NCBI GenBank assembly: GCA_041612005.1
Contig: JBFILW010000002.1
Location: 1-41,977, forward strand
Direction: 5' to 3'
DNA: 41,977 bases
Source: Gemmatimonadota bacterium
GTDB lineage: Bacteria; Gemmatimonadota; Gemmatimonadetes; Palauibacterales; Palauibacteraceae
The notes beneath the pieces were generated by a model that searched no databases, was not told the origin of the DNA, and saw only the letters and a list, made by a program, of their open reading frames with translations. The translations under genes were made by a program, and so were the position numbers. Each line of letters starts with the position of its first letter. Position 1 is the first letter of the stretch. Below are positions 14,776 to 26,125 of the stretch, one piece after another.

Positions 14776-16704
14776 ATGTTTGAGATGCGCGGGGGCCCGG
14801 CGGAAGGCGTCGGGCCCCTTTTTGATGTCACCGACCGCCTTCTTCGGCCGGGGGCGGCGCTCGCGGTGGCGCTGGTAATCGCGAGCGGCCTGTCAGGGTG
14901 CGCTTCGTCCGCTTCGACACTCCGCGACCCCGGTGGCTCCCCGACGCCGGTGAGTACCGACCCGCCACCGGACCTTCTCGCCTTGGTTCGCGGCGCATAC
15001 GACTCCGGTGACTTCCAAGGCGCGGCCCGGGGAGCCGACTCGCTCTACTACCTGTGGCGGACGGAAGAAGACCGGTCGGCGTACGCGGACTCCGCGCTGT
15101 GGCTGGAGGCGCAGTCACTCGCGAGCGCCGGCTCCGATGGCTTGGCGGCCGAGCGCCTCTCAGAGTTGCTTACGCGGAAGCTCGACGACGCCATGCGCGT
15201 GGAAGCGACGCAATTCCGAGCCGCGCTCCTCACGGATCTGGCCCGGGAGCCCGAAGCAGTCGAGCTCCTGGTCGCTCAGCCCGAGGCCGTCGGTGAGGAA
15301 ACCTGGGTGGTGCTCCGGCGTGCGGCCGCGCGGATGTCAGTCGATGAGCTGGCACGTGTTCCAGGCGCGACCGACCCCAGCAACGCCGTCGAGGCGGCCA
15401 TCGCGGCTGAGTACAGCCGGGTTCTGGCCGAGGCCGGTCTAGTCGACGAGGCGCGACTGGTGGCGAACGGCGTAACCAAAGCAGAGGCCGAGCGGACGGA
15501 CCGGGACCTTGCGGAGGCGGTGCTGGCCGGCGCGATCGGGCCGATCCTCGAGCCGACGCGAATCGGAGTGATTCTGCCGCTGACGGGGCGCTTCGCTGCA
15601 GTCGGCAGGTTTCTTCACAACGGAATGCGTCTCGCTCTGGAGGGTACGGGACCTGGCGAGATCGAGCTCGTGCTCCGGGACGACGAGTCCGACCCGGAAC
15701 GGGCGGTCGAACTGGTGCGTGAGCTGGAAGCTGATGGCGTTGCGGCGGTAGTCGGACCGATCCTTTCCGAAGCACTCGCCGCCGCGATCGGGGCACGCGT
15801 CTATCCCGGCCTTCTCCTCGTCAGCCCAACCGCTACCGAAGTGGTGAAGGCGAGCCCGAATGCGTACACATTGTGGGACATGGCTCGCAGGACGGCGGAT
15901 GTGGCGTTCGAAGTTGGCCGCTGGCTCGCGACCGAGCTCGGGATGGATCGCCTCGGCGCCATGGTGACCGACTCACGGGTCGGGCGCGATGCGCTCCTGG
16001 GGTTCCGTGCCGGGGCCACGCGGGAGGGAGCTGTGCTATCCGGGTACGCTCGATACTCTCCGGACTCCACCACGTTTGCGACTCCGATTATCGTTGTCGC
16101 CTCATACTCGCCCCAGGCCGTGTTCGTCAGCACGCGAGACGCTTCCGCGGCCCTGCAGCTCGGGCCACAACTGTCTTTCTACGGTCTACGCGGCGCGGTG
16201 CTCGTCGGTGGACCAAGCTGGGCGGAGCCGGCCGTTGTGCGACGGCTCGATCCCTCCTTCGCCAACCACCAGCTGGTAGGGACGTTCGTCGACCAGTTCG
16301 CCGACGATGGAGGCTGGATGGGATTCAAACGCTCGTACGAAATCATGTATCGGGCGAGCCTGCGAGACAACATGCTGCCGGCTTTGGGGCACGATGCCAT
16401 GCTGCTTGTAATCGCCGCGTTGCCCGAGCGCGGGCCGGTGAGACCCGGGGCAGTCGCGCGCTCCTTTGCGCGGTTGGAGGTGCAGCCGGGAGCCAGCGGA
16501 GAGATGCGTCCCGATCCCGAATCATCCACCGTTTCGCGCACGACACTGATTCGGATGATACTCGACCGCGAACTGGTGGACCCGGATCCGGTGGCCGTAC
16601 TGGGACGCCTGGAAGAGTCGGGAGCCATCGAGTCGGCGCGTACCCGTCGCAGGCAGTCCGAGGCCGAGGATGCAGTGGTCCGGCGCGACCGGAGGAGCGA
16701 GTAA
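14776..16704 (+). CDS. Lipoprotein with an N-terminal helical (TPR-like) region and a C-terminal type-1 periplasmic-binding-protein domain (LivK/LpoA-like)
   Basis: The lipobox is [13 protein letters not shown]. The C-terminal 380 aa carry [27 protein letters not shown]...VVGPILSEA, typical of Peripla_BP_6 / penicillin-binding-protein activator LpoA. The start is uncertain (ATG 14776 or 14785, or GTG near 14869) because the rpsA terminator overlaps the first codons. Confidence 0.65.
   Translation: MFEMRGGPAEGVGPLFDVTDRLLRPGAALAVALVIASGLSGCASSASTLRDPGGSPTPVSTDPPPDLLALVRGAYDSGDFQGAARGADSLYYLWRTEEDRSAYADSALWLEAQSLASAGSDGLAAERLSELLTRKLDDAMRVEATQFRAALLTDLAREPEAVELLVAQPEAVGEETWVVLRRAAARMSVDELARVPGATDPSNAVEAAIAAEYSRVLAEAGLVDEARLVANGVTKAEAERTDRDLAEAVLAGAIGPILEPTRIGVILPLTGRFAAVGRFLHNGMRLALEGTGPGEIELVLRDDESDPERAVELVRELEADGVAAVVGPILSEALAAAIGARVYPGLLLVSPTATEVVKASPNAYTLWDMARRTADVAFEVGRWLATELGMDRLGAMVTDSRVGRDALLGFRAGATREGAVLSGYARYSPDSTTFATPIIVVASYSPQAVFVSTRDASAALQLGPQLSFYGLRGAVLVGGPSWAEPAVVRRLDPSFANHQLVGTFVDQFADDGGWMGFKRSYEIMYRASLRDNMLPALGHDAMLLVIAALPERGPVRPGAVARSFARLEVQPGASGEMRPDPESSTVSRTTLIRMILDRELVDPDPVAVLGRLEESGAIESARTRRRQSEAEDAVVRRDRRSE
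14791..14823 (+). terminator. Rho-independent terminator of rpsA
   Basis: GGGGCCCGGCG-GAAGG-CGUCGGGCCCC followed by UUUUU. This is an approximately 11-bp GC stem starting 31 nt after the rpsA stop. It lies inside the annotated 5' end of the next ORF. Confidence 0.7.
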
Positions 16705-16712
16705 ACGTGACG

Positions 16713-18257
<1,545 letters not shown>

Positions 18258-18287
18258 GGACGCTTCCTCCACGCCACGCTCAGAACC

Positions 18288-19787
18288 GTGTTCACGAAAC
18301 TGCTGATCGCCAATCGGGGAGAGATCGCGGTCCGCGTGATCCGCGCCTGCCGGGAGCTGGGAGTCGAGGCGGTCGCGGTCTACTCGAGCGCCGACCGCCT
18401 GGCTCCGCATGTCTTGCTGGCGGACGCCGCCGTCCCAATTGGCCCGGCCCCGGCCACCCAGAGCTACTTGAACGCGGATGCATTGCTGGAAGCGGCGAGG
18501 CTGACAGGGGCGGAAGCGATTCACCCCGGGTATGGCTTTCTGGCTGAGAACGCCGAGTTCGCGCGGCAGGTCGAGGAAGCCGGCCTGGTCTTCGTCGGTC
18601 CTCCTTCGGACGCGATCCGGGCTATGGGCAACAAGACGGAAGCCCGTGCCCGGATGAAGGCGGCCGGGGTGCCGGTGGTGCCGGGATCGGAGGCGGTGGC
18701 CGACGCAGCGACCGGCTCCCGGTTGGCCCGGGAGATCGGGTTTCCCGTGTTGCTCAAAGCAGCCGCCGGCGGCGGCGGCAAAGGGATGCGCGTGGTCGAG
18801 GAGCCCGACTCGCTTGCGGCGGCGCTCGAAGCGGCCCGTTCGGAGGCTCGCGGCGCGTTTGGTGACGACCGGGTATATGTCGAGCGCTACCTCGAACGGC
18901 CGCGCCACCTCGAAGTGCAGATACTCGCCGATTCCCACGGCAAGGTGATTCACCTCGGCGAGCGCGAGTGCTCCATTCAGCGACGGCACCAGAAACTGAT
19001 CGAGGAGGCTCCTTCTCCCGTCGTTGACGCGGCGCTGCGGGAACGTCTGGGAGCCGTCGCGGTGGCGGCCGCGGAGGCGGTCGGCTACGTAGGTGCCGGA
19101 ACCGTCGAGTTTCTGTACCAGGACGACGAGTTCTATTTCCTCGAGATGAACACTCGAATTCAGGTGGAGCACCCCGTGACAGAGGCTGTCACCGGGGTCG
19201 ATCTGGTTCAGGCCCAGATTCGAATCGCGGCGGGTGAGCCGCTCGGCTTCGACATGTCTCCGGAGTGGCCGTGCGGTCACTCCATCGAGTGCCGCATCAG
19301 CGCCGAGGATCCGGCGGCGGGATTTCTGCCCACGGCGGGGAGGATCGAGGTGCTTCGCGTGCCCGGGGGACGGGGCGTACGCTGGGACTCCGGAATCAGC
19401 GAACGGTTCGAAGTCGGGCTGGACTACGATCCACTCCTCGCCAAGCTCATTGTGCATGCTCATACCCGACATGATGCGATCAGGCGTATGCTTGCTGCAC
19501 TCAACGAGCTAGAGATCGTCGGCATTCCCACGACCGCGCCGTTTCACCGAGCGGTAATGCAGGAGCCCGACTTCCTGGCGGGGGAGTTATCCGTACGCTA
19601 CGTGGAGGAGCACCGGGACCTCCTCGTGGCCGGGGCGAAAGAGGACAGAGTGCTGGTCGCGGTGCTCGCGGCGGCGCTCCTCGAAGAAGAACGTCGGCAG
19701 GCGCCCCACGCCGCCCCCGGAAGGGTCGACGCGAACGGTCGGAGGGGGCAGCTGAGCGCCTGGCAGAGGAGGTTTCAGGAGCCGTGA
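18288..19787 (+). CDS. accC: Biotin carboxylase subunit (acetyl/propionyl-CoA carboxylase), with no BCCP domain
   Basis: GTG start. The sequence runs MFTKLLIANRGEIAVRVIRACRELG...IHPGYGFLAENAEFA...GGGGKGMRVV...EMNTRIQVEHPVTE. Its 499 aa comprise BC plus a tail of about 50 aa, and no AMKM biotinylation motif is present. Confidence 0.9.
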   Translation: MFTKLLIANRGEIAVRVIRACRELGVEAVAVYSSADRLAPHVLLADAAVPIGPAPATQSYLNADALLEAARLTGAEAIHPGYGFLAENAEFARQVEEAGLVFVGPPSDAIRAMGNKTEARARMKAAGVPVVPGSEAVADAATGSRLAREIGFPVLLKAAAGGGGKGMRVVEEPDSLAAALEAARSEARGAFGDDRVYVERYLERPRHLEVQILADSHGKVIHLGERECSIQRRHQKLIEEAPSPVVDAALRERLGAVAVAAAEAVGYVGAGTVEFLYQDDEFYFLEMNTRIQVEHPVTEAVTGVDLVQAQIRIAAGEPLGFDMSPEWPCGHSIECRISAEDPAAGFLPTAGRIEVLRVPGGRGVRWDSGISERFEVGLDYDPLLAKLIVHAHTRHDAIRRMLAALNELEIVGIPTTAPFHRAVMQEPDFLAGELSVRYVEEHRDLLVAGAKEDRVLVAVLAAALLEEERRQAPHAAPGRVDANGRRGQLSAWQRRFQEP

Positions 19788-21088
19788 ACGCGGGAATCGT
19801 CGAGGAGCTCAGGGTCGAGTCGCTGGCATTCGGAGGCGACGGCGTCGCACACCGTGCCGATGGCCAGGTCGTGTTCGTGCGGCGCAGTGCGCCGGGAGAC
19901 CGACTCCTGGCCAGGATCGAGCGGGATCGCGGCTCCTACGCGCAAGCGACTCCGGTGCGCCTCCTTGAACACGGTGCTGTTCGCTCGGATCCGGATTGCG
20001 GCTACTACGAACGGTGCGGAGGCTGCCAGCTTCAGCACGTGACGATCGAGGGCCAGCGCGAGGCGAAGCGTGCCGCAGTTGGCGACGCCCTGAGGCGGAT
20101 CGGTGGGATCGAGATCGTCGTGCCTCCTCTGGTTCACGCCGGTCGACCGTTCGGGTATCGCAACCGGGTGACATTCACGCTGCGCCGGCAGGGCGACCGG
20201 CTCGTCGCCGGATACCACGCCGCCACGGACGCGGCCACCATCACGGACGTGGATGACTGCCCGCTGGCGGAGGCCCCGGTGCGACAGGCGTGGGCATCGC
20301 TGCGCGCAGGCTGGGGTCCGGTCGCGCAGGCACTGCCCGCCGGTGAAGAGCTCCGTGTCACCCTCCGCGGCTCATCCATCGGAGAGGTGTCGCTGTTCAT
20401 CGAGGGCGGCCGGCCCGGGAAGCCTGGGGAACCTGACGCCGTGGCTGAGGCCGTGAGCGCCCTCCGTTCGTATCACTGGAGGGCGGACGGTGCTCCTCGC
20501 ATGCTCTTGGCCGGCTCGCCGAGCCTCAGGGATCGATGGCGGGGGTTCGATTTCGTGCTTGGTCCCGAGTCGTTCCTTCAAGTCAATCGAGCGGTCGCCG
20601 AACGGATGGAGACCTACATCGACGACTCGCTTGGAGACGTGGCCGGTGTGCGGGTCCTCGATCTGTATGCCGGCACCGGTAGTCGGGCCCTGGCCTGGGC
20701 AGCAAAGCAGGCCGACGTGTCGGCCTGCGAGGTCGATGGTGAGGCGGTCGAGAGCGGCCGGCGAGCCGCCCGCGCCGCGGGCCTCAGCCTCGACCTGCGC
20801 CAGGGCCGAGTCGAGGATCTACTATCCGAGTTGCTGCCGGCCCAGGTGATCGTCGTCAATCCTCCGCGGCGCGGATTGTCGGCTTCCGTGACCGACACGC
20901 TAGCCGACTGCGGGGCACGGCTCCTCGTGTATGTGAGCTGTGATCCGGCGACTCTGGCCAGAGATGTCGCGCGGCTGGGCGATCGATGGACAGTCGAGGG
21001 CGTGCAGCCGTTTGATGCGTTTCCGCAGACATACCACGTGGAGACTGTGGCGCTGCTTCGGGGCGTGCCTGACATCGTGGCGGCATGA
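19784..21088 (+). CDS. TRAM-domain, Fe-S, SAM-dependent RNA (uracil-C5)-methyltransferase, RlmD/RumA family
   Basis: It has an N-terminal TRAM-like region ([37 protein letters not shown]), the Cys cluster C-x6-CGGCQLQH plus a downstream [14 protein letters not shown] (SAM motif I), VNPPRRG, and the catalytic [11 protein letters not shown] plus [14 protein letters not shown] and ATGA overlaps join it to both neighbours. Confidence 0.8.
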   Translation: MNAGIVEELRVESLAFGGDGVAHRADGQVVFVRRSAPGDRLLARIERDRGSYAQATPVRLLEHGAVRSDPDCGYYERCGGCQLQHVTIEGQREAKRAAVGDALRRIGGIEIVVPPLVHAGRPFGYRNRVTFTLRRQGDRLVAGYHAATDAATITDVDDCPLAEAPVRQAWASLRAGWGPVAQALPAGEELRVTLRGSSIGEVSLFIEGGRPGKPGEPDAVAEAVSALRSYHWRADGAPRMLLAGSPSLRDRWRGFDFVLGPESFLQVNRAVAERMETYIDDSLGDVAGVRVLDLYAGTGSRALAWAAKQADVSACEVDGEAVESGRRAARAAGLSLDLRQGRVEDLLSELLPAQVIVVNPPRRGLSASVTDTLADCGARLLVYVSCDPATLARDVARLGDRWTVEGVQPFDAFPQTYHVETVALLRGVPDIVAA

Positions 21089-21594
21089 AGTACTTCGTCA
21101 GTATCGGCGAGGCGGTGCACGAGATCGACCTTGGCGCCGACGGCGTTCGCTGGGGCGGCGAGGTGCATCATGTGGAGCTCGCCACGGTGCCAGGCACGAG
21201 CCTTCGCCACCTGCGCGTTGGCGATCGCGGCTACAGGCTCGCGGCCCGGAGGGTAGACGGCATCTGGCACATCGAGGTCGGCGGCCACACACTGCGGCTG
21301 CGAGTCGAGGACGAGCGCACGCGTGCGATCCGCGAGTTGACCGGTGTGGGGGCGGAGCAAGTCGGTCCGCCGGAGCTGCGGGCGCCAATGCCTGGTCTCA
21401 TCGCACGCGTCGAGGTCGTACTGGGGCAGGTCGTCGAAGCCGGAGATGGACTAGTGGTGATCGAGGCCATGAAGATGCAGAACGAGCTGAGGGCCCCGGC
21501 AGACGGCGTGGTCGCCAGCATCGAGGTGGAGGAGGGGCAGACGGTCGATCGCGACCAGCTCCTGATTCGTCTCGAGCGGGGCCCCGGCGCGTGA
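21085..21594 (+). CDS. Biotin carboxyl carrier (biotin/lipoyl attachment) protein
   Basis: 169 aa. The C-terminal 70 aa, [55 protein letters not shown], carry the EAMKM biotinylation motif. The N-terminal 95 aa or so resemble the linker/BT-like part of PccA. Confidence 0.8.
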   Translation: MKYFVSIGEAVHEIDLGADGVRWGGEVHHVELATVPGTSLRHLRVGDRGYRLAARRVDGIWHIEVGGHTLRLRVEDERTRAIRELTGVGAEQVGPPELRAPMPGLIARVEVVLGQVVEAGDGLVVIEAMKMQNELRAPADGVVASIEVEEGQTVDRDQLLIRLERGPGA

Positions 21595-23168
21595 TGAACG
21601 AGCGCCGGGACGAGTTCGAAACCGCCTCCGGGTTGCGAGTCGATCCGGTCTATGGTCCGGCGAGCCGGCCCGACAATTTCGATTCCGCCGTCGGCTACCC
21701 GGGCCAGTACCCGTTCACCCGCGGCATCCATCCGAACATGTACAGGGGCCGCCTGTGGACCATGCGGCAGTACGCTGGATTCGGAACCGCCGAGGAGACG
21801 AATGAGCGCTTCCGCTACCTGCTCTCTTCGGGCCAGACTGGGCTGTCGGTCGCCTTCGACCTCCCGACCCAGATGGGACTGGACTCTGATCACCCGCTCG
21901 CGGAGGGAGAGGTGGGGCGGGTGGGCGTTGCAATCGACACGCTCGACGACATGGCTCGGCTGTTCGACGGCATACCGCTCGACGCCGTGTCGACTTCGAT
22001 GACCATCAATGCCACCGCCGCCATCCTTCTGGCTCTGTATGTGGCCGTTGCGGATGAACGGGGCATTGCGCGCGAGACGCTCCGCGGGACGGTACAGAAC
22101 GATATTCTGAAGGAGTTCGTGGCCAGAGGGACCTATGTGTACCCGGTGCGGCCGAGCCTCCGCCTGGTGACGGACATCTTCGACTTCTGTGCCGAGTCGG
22201 TTCCGCGCTGGAATCCCATCTCGATTAGCGGCTACCACATGCGTGAAGCCGGTGCGACCGCGATTCAGGAGGTGGCGTTCACCTTTGCCAACGCGCTCGC
22301 ATACGTTGACCGTGCGCTGGAGAGGAATATCCCGTTGGAGCGATTCGCGCCCCGCCTGAGCTTTTTCTTCGCATCGCACAACGACCTGTTCGAAGAAGTG
22401 GCGAAGTTCCGCGCCGCCCGCCGCCTCTGGGCGCGCCTGATGCGCGAGCGCTATGGGGCCGGGGAACAGAGCTGCAGACTGCGATTCCATACGCAGACCG
22501 GCGGTTCGACGCTGACCGCACAGCAGCCCCACAACAATGTGGTTCGGGTCGCGGTGCAGGCGTTGGCGGCCGTCCTGGGCGGCACGCAGTCGCTGCACAC
22601 CAACGGGTTCGATGAGGCTCTGCAACTGCCTTCGCGTGAGGCGGCGCGATTGGCCCTGCGGACGCAGCAGGTCATCGCACTGGAGTCCGGAGTGCCGGAC
22701 ACAGTGGATCCGCTGGGCGGCTCGTATTTCGTCGAGTCGTTGACTGACCGCGTCGAGGCTGGAGCCGTCGAGTATCTGGATCGCATAGAGGAACTGGGTG
22801 GAGCATCTTCGTCGATCGACTTCATGTCGGATGAGATCCACAGGTCGGCCTACCGATACCAGCTGGAGCTGGAGTCAGGCTCGGTCCAGGTCGTCGGCGT
22901 GAACGCATACGTCGAGGACGAGTCGAGCGCGCCGCTCCCGTCTCCTGATTTTGGAAAACTGGCCGGTGAACAGCGACTTCGGTTGGCGGCAGTCAGGAAA
23001 GCGCGCGATCAGGGCGTGGTCGACCGCGCGCTCGAGCGGCTTGAACAAACCGCCACACGGGAAGAGAATCTGCTGCCGGTCATCGTCGAAGCCGTAAAGG
23101 CCCGGGCGACACTCGGAGAGATCAGTGACGCCCTACGCAATTGCTGGGGTGAATACGATGCGAGCTGA
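21594..23168 (+). CDS. Methylmalonyl-CoA mutase, catalytic (substrate-binding TIM-barrel) domain protein lacking the B12-binding domain
   Basis: Internal ATG of ORF 20940..23168, sharing 1 nt with the BCCP stop (TGATG). The sequence is [86 protein letters not shown], the hallmark MCM N-terminal sequence. It is 524 aa and ends before any DxHxxG cobalamin-binding domain. Confidence 0.9.
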   Translation: MNERRDEFETASGLRVDPVYGPASRPDNFDSAVGYPGQYPFTRGIHPNMYRGRLWTMRQYAGFGTAEETNERFRYLLSSGQTGLSVAFDLPTQMGLDSDHPLAEGEVGRVGVAIDTLDDMARLFDGIPLDAVSTSMTINATAAILLALYVAVADERGIARETLRGTVQNDILKEFVARGTYVYPVRPSLRLVTDIFDFCAESVPRWNPISISGYHMREAGATAIQEVAFTFANALAYVDRALERNIPLERFAPRLSFFFASHNDLFEEVAKFRAARRLWARLMRERYGAGEQSCRLRFHTQTGGSTLTAQQPHNNVVRVAVQALAAVLGGTQSLHTNGFDEALQLPSREAARLALRTQQVIALESGVPDTVDPLGGSYFVESLTDRVEAGAVEYLDRIEELGGASSSIDFMSDEIHRSAYRYQLELESGSVQVVGVNAYVEDESSAPLPSPDFGKLAGEQRLRLAAVRKARDQGVVDRALERLEQTATREENLLPVIVEAVKARATLGEISDALRNCWGEYDAS

Positions 23169-23178
23169 GGCACGGTAG

Positions 23179-23493
23179 ATGCCGACATACGAGTACCACT
23201 GTGAGGCGTGCGGGCACGAGTTCGAGCGCTTTCAGAAGATGAGCGACGATGCCGTGACGGTGTGTCCGCAGTGCGGTAAGAAGAAGGTCGTGCGCCGCAT
23301 CTCGAGCGGGGGTGGGATCCTTTTCAAGGGCCCGGGCTTTTACGCGACCGACTACCGGAAAAGCCCGCCGCCCGCCGAGAAGCGAACGGCGTCCGAATCG
23401 ACCGGAGCCGGCGAAAGCGGGTCTACCGCAGCAAGCGGCGACAGCGGGTCGAGCGGCGGATCGAAGAAGCCGAAGGCTGGGTCGAAGGAATGA
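23179..23493 (+). CDS. FmdB-family zinc-ribbon protein (CxxC_CxxC_SSSS)
   Basis: MPTYEYHCEACGHEFERFQKMSDDAVTVCPQCGKKKVVRRISSGG is the canonical FmdB motif, followed by a Ser/Gly-rich tail. Confidence 0.8.
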   Translation: MPTYEYHCEACGHEFERFQKMSDDAVTVCPQCGKKKVVRRISSGGGILFKGPGFYATDYRKSPPPAEKRTASESTGAGESGSTAASGDSGSSGGSKKPKAGSKE

Positions 23494-25202
23494 CGGTTCG
23501 AACCCACGAGCTCGAGGAAGTGCTGTCGGGGGATGCTTTCCAGGCCGCCCTTGCCGGTGCGGCTCGATCGATCGGAGCGCCAGCCGACTTCCGGCCGCAG
23601 GTCGAGCGCCCCCGCGACGCCTCGCACGGGAGCTTCGCCAGCAATGCGGCGCTGGTACTGACCAAGAGTCTTGGACGGCCGCCACGGCAGCTGGCCGAAG
23701 AGTTGATCGAAGCGCTCGATCCCGAGCTGGCCGGCGGCACGGTCGAGATCGCGGGGCCGGGCTTCATCAATCTCTCGATTGCCGACGCCTGGCTCCACCG
23801 CGGACTTTCCGCTGTCCTCGCGGCCGACCGCGAGTACGGCCGCTCGAAGGCGGCGCCCGTGGAACGAATCAATGTGGAGTTCGTGTCGGCGAACCCCACG
23901 GGGCCTTTGCACGTGGCGCATGGCAGGGGTGTGGCGATCGGCGACGTGGTGGCCTCGCTGCTCACCTGGGTTGGTCACGAGGTGACGCGAGAGTTCTACC
24001 TCAACGACATGGGTCGGCAGATCGAGCTGCTGGGCGAGTCCGTGGATGTACGGTTTCGTCAACAGCGAGGCGACGAAGTGGAGATCCCGCCTAACGGCTA
24101 CCACGGCGATTACGTCCGCGAGCTGGCGGAACAAATCGCGGAGAGGAAGGCGGACGCGCTCGCGCGCATGGCGGACGCCGAGCGGGTTGTGCTGTTCGGA
24201 GAGCAGGCGGCCGAAATCCTGCTCGAGGAGCAGAAGGCGGACCTCGCGGAATTCAGGGTCCACATGGACCTGTTTCGCCACGAGACCGACTTGTACGCCG
24301 ATGGAGAAGTGGCCGGCACGCTGAAACGGCTCGAAGAGGCCGGCCTGACGTACGCCAACGAGGGAGCTGTGTGGCTGCGCACGACGCGCTTCGGCGATGA
24401 GAAGGACCGCGTCCTGGTCAAGAGCGACGGCACCTACACGTATTTTCTTCCCGATGTCGCGTACCACGTGGACAAGCATCGTCGCGGCTTCGAGCGCGCG
24501 ATCGACGTGTGGGGAGCGGACCACCACGGTCACGTTCAGAGGATGCAGGCGGCCATGCAGGCGCTCGGCCTGGGTCCGGACTTCCTCGAGACGCTGATCA
24601 TGCAGCTCGTGACCGTCATGCGGGACGGGGTCGAGGTCCGCATGAGCAAACGCGCTGGAGAGTTTGTGACCCTGAGAGAGCTGTTCGAGGAGACGGGCGT
24701 CGACGTGGCCCGTTACTTCTTTCTCATGCGCCGGGCCGAAGCCGCGATGACCTTCGACCTCGATCTGGCGCTCGACACGTCCGAGAACAATCCGGTCTAC
24801 AAGGTCCAGTACGCCCACGCCCGAATGTGTAGCGTGTTCGCGCGCGGCGGAATCGACATGGCCTCAATCGACGTTCAACCCGACACTTTCACGGGGCTGG
24901 CCAGTCGATGGGAGATTGACGTCGCGCGCCAGGTGCTCCGGTTTCCGTTTGTCGTACATGCTGCGGCGGACGCGCGCGCACCGTATATGGTCTGCGCATA
25001 TCTGGAGGAGACCGCGGGCGCAGTCAACGCGTGGTATCACCAGGGTAACGTGGACCCGGAGTTTCGTGTCCTGGCGGATGGTCCGAGCCGCGATGCACGC
25101 ATCGGCCTTGCCCGGGCCGTTCAGATCACACTTCGCAACGGCCTGAACGTGCTGGGAGTGAGCGCGCCCGAGCGCATGGAGCGGGAGGAGATTTCAGAGT
25201 GA
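23490..25202 (+). CDS. argS: Arginine--tRNA ligase
   Basis: It has ANPTGPLHVAHGRG (HIGH-type), MSKRAGEFV (KMSK-type) and a C-terminal DALR anticodon-binding region (VQYAHARMCSV). It is 570 aa and overlaps the upstream gene by ATGA. Confidence 0.95.
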   Translation: MTVRTHELEEVLSGDAFQAALAGAARSIGAPADFRPQVERPRDASHGSFASNAALVLTKSLGRPPRQLAEELIEALDPELAGGTVEIAGPGFINLSIADAWLHRGLSAVLAADREYGRSKAAPVERINVEFVSANPTGPLHVAHGRGVAIGDVVASLLTWVGHEVTREFYLNDMGRQIELLGESVDVRFRQQRGDEVEIPPNGYHGDYVRELAEQIAERKADALARMADAERVVLFGEQAAEILLEEQKADLAEFRVHMDLFRHETDLYADGEVAGTLKRLEEAGLTYANEGAVWLRTTRFGDEKDRVLVKSDGTYTYFLPDVAYHVDKHRRGFERAIDVWGADHHGHVQRMQAAMQALGLGPDFLETLIMQLVTVMRDGVEVRMSKRAGEFVTLRELFEETGVDVARYFFLMRRAEAAMTFDLDLALDTSENNPVYKVQYAHARMCSVFARGGIDMASIDVQPDTFTGLASRWEIDVARQVLRFPFVVHAAADARAPYMVCAYLEETAGAVNAWYHQGNVDPEFRVLADGPSRDARIGLARAVQITLRNGLNVLGVSAPERMEREEISE

Positions 25203-26125
25203 GCGCGATACTGGTGGTGGGCAGCGTAGCGCTGGATAGCGTGGAGACGCCGTTCGGCAAAGTCGATGACGCCCTCGGCGGATCGGCCACGTACTTCAGC
25301 GCGGCAGCTTCGGTGTTTGCGGAAACCAAGCTGGTCGGCGTGGTCGGCGACGACTTTCCGCTCGAGCGGCTGGACTTCCTGAAGCGTCGCGGAGTGGACT
25401 TCGCGGGCGTCGAGGTCGTCCAAGGCAACAGCTTTCGCTGGTCGGGAGTGTACGAGTACGACCTCAACACCCGCCGCACTTTGAGCACGGAGCTGGGAGT
25501 GTTCGCGGACTTCAGTCCCACGGTGCCCGCGGAGTACGGGGCGGCGGACTGGGTTTTCCTCGGCAATATCGACCCGGTCCTGCAGCATGCAGTGCTGGAC
25601 CAGGTGGAGTCACCGAAATTCGTGGCCTGTGACACGATGGACTTCTGGATCGAGGGGGCCCGCGAGTCGCTGGTCAAGCTGCTGGGTCGGATCGACATGC
25701 TCGTCGTCAACGACGCCGAGGTCCGGGAACTGTCGGGTGAATACAATCTTCTCGTGGCCGCGCGCTGGATTCAAGAAAGAGGTCCTCGGCACGTGGTCGT
25801 CAAGAAAGGGGAGCACGGCGCCGTTCTTTTCTCGGGTGACTCCGTGTTCTTCGCGCCGGGTTATCCGCTCGAGGAGATTTTCGACCCGACGGGAGCGGGC
25901 GATGCGTTTGCCGGAGGTATGGTGGGCTATCTGGCGTACGTGAACCACGCAAACGATGAAGAACTGCGCCGAGCTGTCGTGTTCGGCTCCGCGCTCGGAT
26001 CGTTTGCGTGCGAATCGTTCGGGCCGGATCGGCTGGCCGAGCTCGATGAGGACGATGTGTTCGAGCGCGTCGCCATCTTTCGGGAGATGACGCGTTTCGA
26101 GGAGATGGCACCGGAGGGCGCGTGA
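25199..26125 (+). CDS. PfkB-family carbohydrate/nucleoside kinase
   Basis: It has the N-terminal VVGSVALD...GGSATYF motif and the C-terminal DPTGAGDAFAGGMVGYL signature. GTGA overlaps occur at both ends. The substrate cannot be inferred from the sequence. Confidence 0.8.
   Translation: MSAILVVGSVALDSVETPFGKVDDALGGSATYFSAAASVFAETKLVGVVGDDFPLERLDFLKRRGVDFAGVEVVQGNSFRWSGVYEYDLNTRRTLSTELGVFADFSPTVPAEYGAADWVFLGNIDPVLQHAVLDQVESPKFVACDTMDFWIEGARESLVKLLGRIDMLVVNDAEVRELSGEYNLLVAARWIQERGPRHVVVKKGEHGAVLFSGDSVFFAPGYPLEEIFDPTGAGDAFAGGMVGYLAYVNHANDEELRRAVVFGSALGSFACESFGPDRLAELDEDDVFERVAIFREMTRFEEMAPEGA

Noticed and set aside
15873-16712. 280-codon N-terminal extension of the pccB ORF (the 794-aa ORF)
   Set aside because: The extension overlaps the LpoA-like gene in another frame and is Arg/Gly-rich junk. 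The ATG at 16713 gives the canonical carboxyltransferase N-terminus and length. The same logic trimmed the 5' extensions of the ORFs starting at 20940 (mcm), 11682 (cmk), 34761 (IID), 35324 (ptsH), 27081 (ribD), 32200 (hpf), 33894 (IIB) and 40683 (nuclease).
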